From the NCBI RefSeq assembly GCF_030684315.1, contig NC_081372.1:51308987-51372986 (forward strand): a stretch of DNA of 64,000 nucleotides. The letters run 5' to 3'. The DNA comes from Stegostoma tigrinum. Its lineage: Eukaryota. Of the stretch, positions 11,246 to 23,760 are shown piece by piece; position 1 is the stretch's first letter, and each line of letters begins with the position of its first letter. Position numbers and translations under genes: made by a program. Below the pieces are notes generated by a model. The model searched no databases. It saw only the letters and a program-made list of their open reading frames with translations, and was not told the origin of the DNA.

Positions 11246-13433
11246 TTTGCTGAACACTTCAACGCAGCTCGTAAGAATGTCCCTGTGCTTTCTTAGACGT
11301 GTCATTTTAATTCACCATGATGCTCTCTGGCTGACATTGACTTGGCCTGCTGCACTGTTCCAAGGAAGGTCAAGGTAACAAACTGTGCCTTGTCTTTTAA
11401 TAAGGCATTTTATAGCTGCATGGGCTGCAACTTTTCATTCCATTTTCATTCCCCAAATCAATTTCCTTTGGCCCCAGAAGACTGAATCTTCTGTCATCAA
11501 TTTTCCCTGTCTTCCATTGCATCACAGATCTTTCTTTTGTACAAAAGATGGCCGGGTGGAGAACTAAATTCACAGGCCTCTTAAATCTGCAAAATTAAAG
11601 AATGAAGGCCCCCACTGAAAACCCAGCACAGGAAATGCTTTTGGAATTTTCATGATTCCATCACGCTGTGAGATTTCTTCACCTCCCCAGGCCAACTTCC
11701 AGATTCTGTGAGTGCCTGCCTCGACGTAAGAATTTTCCTCCAAGCAGGCTGGTCTTGATATCTGTTCAACAGGTAGATAAATATCTTGTGCAGTACTCTC
11801 ACCTGGATGTGCCTACGATTCGCGTGTGACTGTTTTGGATGAATGTCTTGAGCCACTGCCGTCCATTTAGTGCAAGTCAGCTCACAATATCTGCCTGGAG
11901 GGAGTACCAGGTACTTGAAGCAAAGTCATGGTGTAAATGGAGATATAGTTCCAAGTCAGGATGGTGAGTAGCTTGGAATGGAATGTGCAGGTGGTGGTGT
12001 TCCCATGTACTTGCTGCCATTCTACTTCCAGGTGGCAATGTTCATGGGATAAGCATATTTTTTCGACAGAAGCTTGGTGAATTTCTGTAATGCATCTTGT
12101 ATGTGGTGATGAATGTATTTTTAAACTACTTGATCATTGATTTCATTTTTGTGTTTCACACTTTAAATTGTGTGAGGCAATGCCGTCTCATTTTGACTCT
12201 AACTCTAAGGGTTGCACAGTGGTTAGCACTGCTGACTAACAGTGAGAGAGAGCTGGGTACAATTCCACCCTTGGCTAATTGTCTGCGTGGAGTTTGCACA
12301 TTCTCCCTGAATGTACATGGGTTTACTCTGGTTACTGCAGTTACTTCCTGTGGAACAAAGATGTGCATGTTAGGCGAACAAGCCGTGCCAAATTGACCAT
12401 GGTATCTTGGGGAGGGTAGATTAGATGGATAAGCCATGGGAAATGCAGGGTTACAAGGATAGAGGAGAGTGAGGGATGCTCTTTGGAGGGTTGGTGTGGA
12501 CTTGATGGACTAAGTAGCCTGTTTCCACACTGTTGGGATTCTATGATTAAACATAGTAGCACAATGGTTTACTCATAACAATCATTTCAGTGAACTGTCA
12601 CCAACTGCAGCTTGTTGTGCTATAGACTGTGCTGTGGTTCAGTTTGAATGATTCTTGTCTGTGAATTCAAATTTGTAGTTTTCTGGTCGGACCCTGAAGC
12701 TGCTGATTAATGGGCAGTGTAAGGCCATGGGAATGTTGCAGTTTCAGGTAATTTGTCTTTTGGATGACAGCCATCATCTATGGATCCTGGGATACGATTT
12801 AAAAGAAGGGCTGGAGACGCAAAAATTTAGTCCACAAGCATCTGAAGAGTGGCTTGTGTACTGATGTGGAATTTGCTGTGTGCAGGTTGGTGACTGCGAA
12901 TCCTTGATGAAATACCGAATACCCTTTCAAAATACTTCAATATTTAGAAGAACTGTCAAGATCTGCTGTGTTCATGAAAGATGTGCTAAATAAAGAAAAT
13001 GGTTTTGCTGCCAATATATAGAAACTGATTTTTCGTTGTGTAATTTAACATTGTTGCCTCCTGGAAATAGAGAATAAATATCCAGAGAATCCATGTCATT
13101 GACCAGGTGAAATGCAACAATAACTGTCTGGAAAAATCAATCAGAACTTTGCAAGGAAATTGTTGTGAATAAATTGTGCCGTATTCCATATGGATCGCAA
13201 AATGCCGAAACTTGTCATTCATCGGAGATTGCTTCTTCCTCACAAAGAAAGAACTGCAGCAAATATGAAGCTCTTTGTTACATGTGTAGCTCCAGTCCTG
13301 TTGAACAGATTTTGAATTTTTTGCAATCATTGAGTGTATTCAGATGCCGAGGCTGTTGGCTGCAGAAGGGCGACAGCACAGAGTTCATTAAATTGTTGAA
13401 TCATAATGGGTGGCTGACAGATGTTGACATTTT

Positions 13434-16196
13434 TTACTGGACATTCTGCAACAACTTAGACCATTCTGAAAAGTTTGGAAGATATTTGATTGAAAACCTA
13501 AATAGTTTAAATACTCAATACTAAACCAACACAATATCGCTAATTTTTAAAAAATTTGCACATACCATCAAAATCAAGATTGCATCACTGTTCTTGTCCC
13601 ACTCGCTGATGAATTCATGAAATTCCTCCTCGGTAACATGCTCCCCAGCCTCCTCGATGACAATATTCAGCTCATCACGATCAATGAGACTGTCAGCATT
13701 GCTAGAGTCATCAAGAAAAGTGTGAATGTCACAATCCAGCAATGTTTTCTACATTACCAAAATAGAAATAGTGAAAAGATCATATTCATCTAATTTCAGT
13801 TTCTTTCTGTCTGGAAATTTACATTGTTTAATCTCATCAAGTAATCCATTTTAATCACTGGCTTACAACAAATCGAGATATGTTGTACAATCATCTGAGG
13901 AAACAGCTTCATACAGCTTAGGTCTAAACTCACCTGTTCCATCCAAAAATGATATATTTCCCACACAATGTCTCAAATTTCTCAAGGCCTGAATTGCACC
14001 GTGTGCCCTCTGCTCTGAAAGCAATTACAAAATATTTGTCATTATAGCCTTTGACTCTCTGAGTTGGAACTAGCTTCCCTTTCATTCCAGTGACAATAAT
14101 GAATCACACTTGCTGTGTCCACAATTTGGTTCATGACAGTTTTCTTCTGAAAATCTTCGATTGATTTTCTCTTCTTATGTTCTCCATCACTTTTTACGTG
14201 GATAAGTGTGTTGCTGACAAGGACTGCATTGTTGTCCATGCCTAATTGCTCTTTAATGGGGTTGCTTGTTCAGTAATTTCAGAGTGCAGTTACAAATCAG
14301 ACAACGTTCCACTGGTCTGGATATATATTCCGGCCAGCAAGGTAAGGATGGCAGATTGTCTTCCTTGAAAGAGACAAGTGAACCACATAGGTTTTCACAA
14401 CAATCAATAACACTTGTCACGATCATCACCACATCACTTTTATGCTGCAGATGTATTGATTGAGTTTACTATATCACTAGCTCACAGGATGAGATTTAAA
14501 AGTTTGTTTCTGGAGCATCAGCAGGCTCCACTGGCTCGCTAGCCCGGGACGTTTCCACTGTGCTACTATCTCCCTGAAGTGAGAACATGCTGTCTGTCAA
14601 AGTTGTCAAAACATCTGTGAGTATTGCATATATCTATGGATCACTCTTTAGTCTTCTTTGTTGAAGGGACAATAGACTCAACTGTTAATACTTTCCTGAT
14701 GTGTGAAGCTGAGGATTTTTAGTCTCAACCTGGTCAATCCTCAAAGAACTGTCTCCAGGCAACTCTGATATCTTTTAGTATAAAATCATGAAAGGTGCAC
14801 CATGTCACATGCAATGTAAATGAAACAAATTTCAATACATGTTTGCCAGTTGCGAGTCCTGCTAGGAATGTTCTAGGAACAAATGTTTCCACACTTCTAC
14901 CTCACTTTGGATATGAAGAAATTATATTGAGCTGAAAACACAGACTCTTTTTTGCTTCTCTAGGTAGATGGTGTTAAAGCGAGTGACATTAATGATTCTC
15001 ATTATTATTTCATCTTTTCAGCTTCTGCAGTATTTTGTATCATTGACATACTCGTTTGCTGCAACGGTTTACTTACATGAAGCAAAAGGTAAAGTCACCT
15101 TTGTGTCAACATATCAGGTGGCTGCTATTTCATTAGAGAGAGATGATTGGTGGTGAGTTCGACCAGACGGTCACTGTGACTGAGTTGAGAGTTGAGGGGT
15201 GTCATTCACGGTAACTTGAGCTGGTGTAGGAATTAAACCCACACTATTGTGTATGCTCTCCCTTGCAAACCAGTTAACCAGGGAACTGAGCTAATCGGTC
15301 CCGTACCCTACATTTCCTTGAAGCAGGGATGTTTTTCTGATTGCTTTGCTGATCTTTTAGAAACTTGTCTCTTTTTCAATACATACAACGGAGAATCAAC
15401 AAACTCAAAATAGAATTGCTGCGCTATCATGTTTATACCAGTCATGTAGAATCTCAAACTCACCCATCAAATACGCGAAAGAATTCTGCGATGTCTTTGT
15501 CAGACATCCTTTCACTTCTTCTCTCATTTGACTCGCCATCGTCACTAAGAACTCTTCAAAATCAATGGTGCCGCTACCTAAGACCACACTCAGTTGTAAG
15601 CTCTGTCCATTGTTAAACATGAATATTTGTGAACCAAACGATTTTTGAAGTGAAACTGCTAATGTTTAAGCTGCATGTTACCCTTTTTGAGACCAATTGC
15701 AATCTGAGAATTGACTATCTTTGGGACACCCAAGATATCAGGCAAACGTGAAATGAAGTAAACTGTTGCGTACTAAATCGTGAAGATATGAAATAATTTA
15801 CAATTAGATTTAGAATTTTTTTATCATGTGTACTCAAGTACAGTATTACAGGAGTACAGTGAAAATGTACAACATTGCCACGCATGTCCCATTTCTTGAT
15901 AAAAGGTACTTGCGCCCAAAAAATGTAGGTACAAATTAGTAACTGAAAAAGAGTTAAAAAGTTGTGCGTTACCTTCAGATAGCAAGTAGAAAAATAAAGA
16001 ATAAAGATCATAGTTAACATTACAGTTCTTCTTAATTTAGTCTAGAAAGTAGAACAGCTTTTTTACCTCCAGTATTTTTCTTCTCTGCTCCAGAAGGATT
16101 CGTCGAAGAAATAACTTCACAGAGTAAAGTTACGCACAACACAATTTGGATTCTGCTGTACATTGGAACGATCAAACGCACAAACTGGAAGACCAT
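13434..16196 (-). pseudogene. Troponin-C-derived gene copy 4 (D-type), frameshifted
   Basis: Exons 16196-16067, 15577-15464 (114 nt, -1 frameshift at VKG), 13701-13566 (136 nt, -1 frameshift after DKNSD) and 13465-13434 (EWSKLLQNVQ*). ORF-track peptides 15405-15620 and 13521-13742 show the EF-hand fragments running out of frame. Confidence 0.82.
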
Positions 16197-17769
16197 TTTG
16201 CCGAGTACTTCAACGCAGCTCGTAAGAATGTCCCTGTGCTTTCGTTGACGTGTCATTTTAATTGCCCATGATGCTCTCTGACTGACATTGACTTGGCCTG
16301 CTGCACTGTTCCAAGGAAGGTCAAGGTAACAAACTGTGCCTTGTCTTTCAACAAAGCATTTTATAGCTGCATCGGCTGCAACTTTTCATTCCATTTCACA
16401 GAGTGCTCCATTTTGTTTCCAAATCTTTCCTTTTGAATGTTTGTTCAGTAAAGGTGCACACCTGCTTCAGGCACATTTTGGTTTATTTGTTTGCTTTCTT
16501 GCCCCAAATCAATTTGCTTTGGCCCCAGAAGACTGACTCTTCTGTCATCAAATTTCCCTGTCTTTCATTGCATCACAGATCTTTCTTTTGTACGAAAGAT
16601 GGCCGGGTGGAGAAGTTAAATGACAGGCCTCTGAAATCTGCAAAATTAAACAATGAAGGCCCCCATTGAGAACCCAGCACAGGAAATGCTTTTGGAAATT
16701 TCATGATTCCATCACCCTGTGAGACTTCTTCACCTCCCCGTGCCAACTTCCGGATGCTGTGAGTGCCTGCCTCGAGGTAAGAATTTTCCTCCAAGCAGGC
16801 TGGTCTTGATATCTGTTCAGCACGTAGATAAATATATAGCGAGGTACTATCACCTGGATGTGCCTACTATTCACTTGTGACGTTTTGGTTGAATGTCTTG
16901 AGCCACTGCCATCCATTTAGTGCAAGTCAGCTCACAATGTCTGCAATGACACAAAGACATGGTGTAAATGGAGATATAGTTCCAAGTCAGGATGGTGAGT
17001 GTCTTGCAGGGGAATGTGCAGGTGGTGGTGTTCCCATGTACTTGCTGCCGTTCTATTTCCAGGTGGTAAAGTTCATGGGATAAGCATATTTTTTCGACTG
17101 AACCTTGGTGAGTTTCTGTAATGCATCTTGTAAATGGTGCTGAGTGTATTGTTACACTACTTGTTCCTTGATTTCATGTGTGAGTTTCATACTTTAAGTT
17201 GTTTGAGGCAATTGTCACCTCTTTTTGCCTTCAACACTAAGTGTTGCACAGTGTATCAGTGGTTTGCACTGTTGCCTCACGTAGAGCTGAGTTCAATTCC
17301 ACCCTTGGCCAACTGTCTGCGTGGAGTTTGCACATTCTCCCTGTGTCTATGTGGGTTTCCTCTGGTTACTCCATTTAATTCCTGCAGGCCAAAGATGTGC
17401 ATGCTAGGTGAGCAGGCCATGCTAAATTGCGCATGGTATCTTGGGGAGGGTAGATTCTATGAATTAACCATGGGAAATGCAAGGTTACAAGGAAAGAGTT
17501 GCGTGAGGGATGGTCCATAGAGTGTTGGTGTAAATGTGATGGACAATGCAGCCTGTTTCCACACTGTTAGTATTCTACGATTAAACATAATGGTGCAATG
17601 GTTTACTCATAACAATTCTTTAAGTGAACTTTCACCAACTGCAGCTTGTTTTGCAGAATTATTGTGATAAATGTATTGTTATACGACTTGTTCCTTGATT
17701 TACTGCATGTGTTTCATGCTTTAAATGTTGTGAGGCAATTGCCATCTTGTCTTTCCCTGTAATTCTAAG

Positions 17770-18111
17770 GGTTGCATGGTGTCTCAGTGGTTAGCACTGC
17801 TTCCTCACAGTGACAGGGAGCTGTGTTCAATTCCACTCTTGGCCAACTGTCTGTGTGGAGTTTGCACATTCTCCCTGTGTCTATGTGTTTCCCCCAGTTG
17901 CTCCAGTTCCTTCCCATAGTCCAAAGATATGCATTTTGGCCAGTTTGGCCATGCTAAGTTGCCCATAGTATCTCGGGGAGAGTAGGTTAGATGAATTAGC
18001 CATGGGAGATGCAGGGTTACAAGTACAGGGGAGAGCGTGGGATGCTCTGTGGACGAGTGGTGTGGGCTTGATGGGCTGAATAGCCTACTTCCACACTGTA
18101 ATGATTCTATC
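17770..18111 (+). mobile_element. HE1/V-SINE-type tRNA-derived elasmobranch SINE (best-preserved copy)
   Basis: A-box-like TGTCTCAGTGG and B-box-like GTTCAATTCC, core TGTGTGGAGTTTGCACATTCTCCC...GGCCATGCTAA.TTGCCC, and CR1-like tail TTCCACACTGTA..GATTCTAT. One lies between each pair of genes: ~1-293, 3081-3376 (5'-deleted), 8099-8441, 12209-12546, 17241-17580, 20987-21282, 28670-29013, 33734-34077, 38797-39134, 43828-44167, 44357-44698, 47574-47869, 55268-55611, 60332-60675. The family was recognised from memory of the consensus. Confidence 0.85.
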
Positions 18112-18883
18112 GTTAAACATAAAGGCACAATGGATCACTCATAACAATCATTTGAGTAAATGTTCACCAACTGCAGCTTGTTGTGCTAATGACTGAGCTG
18201 TGGCTCTGTTTGATGCACTCATGTCTGTGAATGCCAAGTAGTGGTTTCTAGTCTAACACTCGAACCTGCTGACGAGCGCCCAGTGTAATACCAAGGGTGT
18301 GTTGCTTCTCAGATACTTTTTCTTTTGGATGACAGCCACGATCTGTGGATCCTCTAACATGATTTAAAAGACAAGCAGGAGAGGCCAATATTTATTCCTC
18401 ATAATATCACAAAAACAGGTTATCTACTTCTGTGGGCTTTGTGTATGCAGTTTGATGACTGCATTTCCTTCATAAAATACTGAATACCCTTTCAAAATAC
18501 TTCATATTTATAACACCTGTTTAAGATATGCTGTGTTCATGAAAGATGTACCATTTAACTGGAAATGGTTTTGGTGCCAATATAGAAAACTCTTTTGAAT
18601 GATATAATTGAACATTGTCAACTGCTAAAAATAGAGAACAAAAATCTACAGAATCCGTGGCATTCACTAAATGAAATGCAACAACAATTGGTTGGAAAAA
18701 CATTGAGATTAGGTTTATTAGGAAAGGGTTGCAAATAAACTGTGCAGTGTTCCGTGCCGGTAAAAAAATGACAAAGCATTTCGTTCATAGGAGTTACGTC
18801 TTCCTCACAAAGTAAAAAACTGTAGCAGCCAGGAATTCATTAACTTGTTGAATCATAATGGATTGCTGAGGGACGCTGGTTAC

Positions 18884-19146
18884 TTATTGGGTCTTCTCCA
18901 TCATCTTCACCCATTCTGTAGACAGAGGAAGGTATATGATTCTTTTAAATACTCAATACTAAACCAATATAGTATCACTAATGAATTTGTTTTTATTATT
19001 TGGACATACAACAAACATCAAGTTTCCCATCATTGTTCTTGTCCGATTGTTTCATGAATTCATGAATTTCCTCCTCTGCAAAATGTTTCCCAATAGCATT
19101 GATGACAACATTCAGCTCATGACGATCGATGAAACCATCAGCATTG
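18884..19146 (-). pseudogene. Headless troponin-C-derived cassette, copy 5 (A-type)
   Basis: Exons 19146-19010 and 18915-18884 match copy 1. Upstream exons and TATA are deleted (junction ~20620-20635). The junction T|AA is a stop. Confidence 0.8.
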
Positions 19147-22100
19147 CTGGAGTCAGCAAGGAAAGTATGAATGTCCCCAATCCAGTCAAGTTATCCTACT
19201 GACCAAAATAGAAGTTGCTGCATGAGAAAAGATCAGGTCCATCTCATTTCACTTTGTTTTCTGCCTGGAAATTTACATTATTTAATCACTGGTCTAAAAC
19301 ATATCTAGATGTAATGTATGAACATCTCAGGAAAGAGCTTCAGAAACCTCAGGTCTAAAGTCATCTGTTCAATCCGAGAAAGCTACACTTCCCACACAAT
19401 GTCTCAAATTACTCAAGTCCTGAACAGAATAGTGTGCCCTCTACTCTGAATGCAATTTCAAAGAATTTGTCTTTATAAACTTCTATTACATTCAATCCAT
19501 GCCTCGCTTCCCTTTAATTGGTATTGTAATCTTGAATACATTTTTGTTTCGACATTTTTGGTCATGGCAGTTTTTGTTTGAAGTATCTTCGGATGATTGT
19601 CTCTACTTATGCCCTCCGTAGCTTTTTACATGGATCTGACAAGGGCGGCATTGTTGTCCATGCCGAATTGCTCTCGAATGGACTTGCTCGATGAGTAATT
19701 CCAGAATGCAGTTACACATCAGACACAATTCTAGTGAACTGGAGACACTTTCAGACCAGAGAGGTAAGGATGGTGGATTGTCTTCCATAAAGGACTCAAG
19801 TGAATCAGAGAGGCTTTCACAATAATCAGTGGCAACTGTCACAGTCATCCTTAAAGTTATGCTACAGGTTTTTTGACTGAGTTTTCTAATTCAACAGCTG
19901 ACAGGATGCGATTTCAAAGCTTGCTCCTGGAGCATCAGCATGGGCTACTGGCTCGTTAGTCCAGTGATAGTTCCACAATCTTCCCATCTCCCTGAAGTGA
20001 AAACATGCTGTCTGCCCATGTTGTCAAAATATCTATGAACTTTGCATCCGTATTTGTGTCACCACCTGCTTGCAACAGTAGTCGACTCACCAAATTTAAG
20101 GGCATTTAAATTGTCATTGGATATACATATGGATGATAATGGAATAGTGTAGGTTAGATGGGCTTCAGATTGGTTTCACAGGTCAGCACAACATCAAGGA
20201 CCGAATGGCCTGTGCTGCACTGTAATGTTCTCTGTTCTATCTTCTTTATTGAAGCGAAAGTAGACTCAACTGTTAATCTTTTCCCTCGGTGTACACCTGA
20301 GCATTTCTAGTCTCATCCTCGTAAATCCAGGAAGCACGATCTCCAGTGCCACTTCAACCCTTTTTATGAAATGATGAAAGTAACTGCGTGTGACATATGA
20401 TGCAGATGAAACAAATTTCAATACATGTTTGAAAGTTGCGAGTTTTGCTGGAAACGTTTCTTGCACCAAATGTTTCTGTATTTCTACCTCAATTCAGGTT
20501 TGAAGAAATTGTGTTGGACCCAGACACAAACACCGTTTACATGTCTCTAAAGATGGTGCTAAACAGTGAGATTTGTACTCTATGTACTCAGTGTACTCTA
20601 TTTTCTTTCCTTTTTAATATTTGTTCAGCTAGAGGCACACCTGGCTGAGGCTCATTTTGGTATATTTGTTTACTTTCTTGCACCAAATCAATTTCCTTTG
20701 ACCCCTGAGGACTGACTCGTCCACAATCAGTTTTCCCTGTAACCCACTGCATCACAGATCTTTCTTTTGTACGAAAGATGGCCAGGTGGAGAACTAAAAT
20801 GACAGGCCTCTGAAATCTGCAAGATTAAAGAATGAAGGCCCCCATTGAAAACCCAGCACAGGAAATGCTTTTGGAATTTTCATGTTTACATCACGCTACG
20901 AGATTTCTTCACCTCCCCAGACCAAGTCCCAGATTCTGTGAGTGCCTGCCTTGAGGTAAGAATTTTCCTCCAAGCAATCTGGTCTTGAGCTGGGTGCAAT
21001 TCCACCGTTGGCCAACTGTCTGCGTGGAATTTGTACATTCTCCCTGCGTGTACATGGGTTTACTCTGGCTACTGCATTTACTTCCCGTAGACCAAAGATG
21101 AGCCTGTTAGTGAACAAACCATGCTTAATTGCCCATGGTATCTTGGGGAGGGTAGACTAGATGAATAAGCCATGGGAAATGCATGGTTACAAGGATAGAG
21201 GAGAGTGAGGGATGCTCTTTGGAGGGTTGGTGTGGACTTGATGGACTAAGTAGACTGTTTCCACAATGTAAGGATTCTATCATAAAATGTAATGGTGCGA
21301 TGGTTTACTCATAACAATCATTTCAGTGAACTGTCACCAACTGCAGCTTGTTGTGCTCTAGACTGTGCTGTGATTCAGAGTGAAGCATTCTTGTGTGTGA
21401 ATTCAAATTTGTAGTTTCCAATCTGGCATTGACAGCAGCTGATTAATGTGCAGTGAATGGCAGTGATAATGTTGAACTTTAAGATAATTTGTCATTTGGA
21501 TGACAGCCGTCATCTGTGGATCCTGGGATATGATTTGAAAGGAGAGCCGGAGAGGCCAATATTTATTCCTCATATTATCACAAAAATGGCTTATCTACGA
21601 ATGTAGAATTTGCTGTGTGCAGGTTGTTGATGAAGTATTCTTCATGAAGTGTTGAATACCCTTTGAAAATACTTTAGTATTTATACGACTATCGAGATAT
21701 GCTGTGTTCATGAAAGATGTGCCATGTCAAGAAAATGGTTTTGCTGCCAATATTTCGAAACTGCTTTTTCACTTTCTCATTTGATTTTGTCGCCTGCTGA
21801 AAATAGAGGATAAATATCCAGAGAATACCTGTCACTCACAAGTGGAATGCAACAACTGGGTGGAAAAAATTGGCATTAACTTTATTAGGAAATGGTTTTG
21901 AATAAATTGTGCAGCGTTCCAGGCTGAGAGGAAAATCACTGAGCATTTCATACATATGCGATTGCTTCTTCCTCACAAAGAGAGACTTACAGCAGTTATG
22001 AAGCTCTTTGCTATATATGTAGCTCCAGTCCTGTCAAACAGATTTTGAATTCTTTGCAATCATTGAGTGTATTTCAGATGTCTAGGCAGTGATTCGGAGA

Positions 22101-23455
22101 AGGGAGACGACGCACAGGTCATGAAATTTTTGTATCACAGTGGGTTGCTGATGGATGTTGGCTGTTTTATTGGACATTCTCCAACATCTTCGACCATTCT
22201 GTGAAGGGTGGAAGACATTTGATTGAAAGCAGACATAGTTTAAATACTCAGTAATAAACCCACACAATATCGCTAATTTTTAAACATTTGCACATACCAT
22301 CAAAGTCAAGTTTGCCATCACTGTTCTTGTCCCACTCCCTGATGAGTTCATGAACTTCCTCCTCTGTAACATGCTCCCCAGCAGCCATGATGGCAATATG
22401 CAGCTCAGAACATTCGATGAAGCCGTCAGCATGGCTAGAGTCATCAAGAAAAGTATGAAAGTCCCCAATCCAGCAATGTTATCTGCCTTACCAAAATAGA
22501 AGTTGAGAAAAGATCATATCCATCTAATTTCACTTTCTTTCTGTCTGGAAGTTTACATTATTTAATCTCATCAGGTAATCCAATTTAAAAACTGGCTTAC
22601 AACAAATCTAGATGTCATGCACGAACACATGTGGAAATAGCTTCATAAACCTCACATTTGAACTCACCTGTTTCATCCAAAAATGATACAGTTCCCACAC
22701 AATGTCTCAAATTTCTCAAGACCTGAATTCAATAGTGTGCCCTCTGCTCTGAAAGCAATTACAAATAATTTGACATTATCACCTTGAATTATGTTCAATT
22801 GGAAATGGCTTCCCTTTCATTCAAATGATAATATTGAATCACACTTTGTGCTCTTCCACAATTTTGTTCGTGACAGTTTTGTTTTCTGAAAATCTTCTGT
22901 TGATATTCTCTCCTTATGTTCTCCATCGCCTTTTACGTGGATAAGTGTGTTGCTGACAACGACTGCATTGTTGTCCATGCCTAATTGCACTTGAATGGAG
23001 TTGCTTGTTCAGTAATTTCAGAGTGAAGTTACAAATCAGACAGCGTTCCACTGGTCTGGATATATATTCAGGCCAGCAAGGTAAGGATGGCAGATTGTCT
23101 TCCTTGAAGGAGACAAGTGAACCACATAGGTTTTCACAACAACCACTCAGACTTTTCACTATCATCAACGACATCAGCTGCAGATGTATTGATTGAGTTT
23201 TCTATTTCACTAGCTCACCGGATGAGATTTGAAAGTTTGTTCTTGGAGCATCAGCATGATCCACTGGCTCGCTAGTCTGAGACATTTCCATTATGCTACT
23301 ATCTCCCTGAAGTGAAAACATGCTGTCTATCCACATTTTCAAAACATCTGTGAGTATTGCAACCATCTATGGATCACCGTTTAGTCTTCTTTGTTGAAGG
23401 GAAAATAGTCTCAACTGTTAATACTTTTACTTAATAACAGTTAAAACTGTTAATA

Positions 23456-23760
23456 ACCGCCGACGAAACCCCGCCCACGGTCGACGCCGACGGAACCCCG
23501 CCCACGGTCGACGCCGAAGGAACCCCGCCCACGGCACCGGAACCGCTGCAGCAGTTACCACCTCCACGTCCAGGTACTTCACCACACACACGACCCTCAC
23601 CGCAGCTGCTTCACCCACCCCGATCCTCCAACCGCTGACGGAACCCCGCCCACGGTCGACGCCGACGGAACCCCGCCCACGGCCGACGTAACCCCGCCCA
23701 CGGCCGACGCCGGCGAAACCCCGCCCACGGCCGACGGAACCCCGCCCACGGCCGACGACC
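23456..23760 (+). repeat. GC/CpG-rich minisatellite (CCGACGGAACCCCGCCCACGG[TCGACG]) at the Penelope 5' end
   Basis: About 7 imperfect 21/27-nt units in two blocks (23456-23535, 23632-23760). The second copy is at 50043-50358. Confidence 0.85.

Noticed and set aside
17770-17845. tRNA-like A/B boxes as tRNA genes
   Set aside because: They are degenerate heads of SINEs that continue into SINE core and tail, with no cloverleaf.
23456-23760. CRISPR-like repeat array
   Set aside because: These are tandem units without unique spacers, inside a eukaryotic retroelement.
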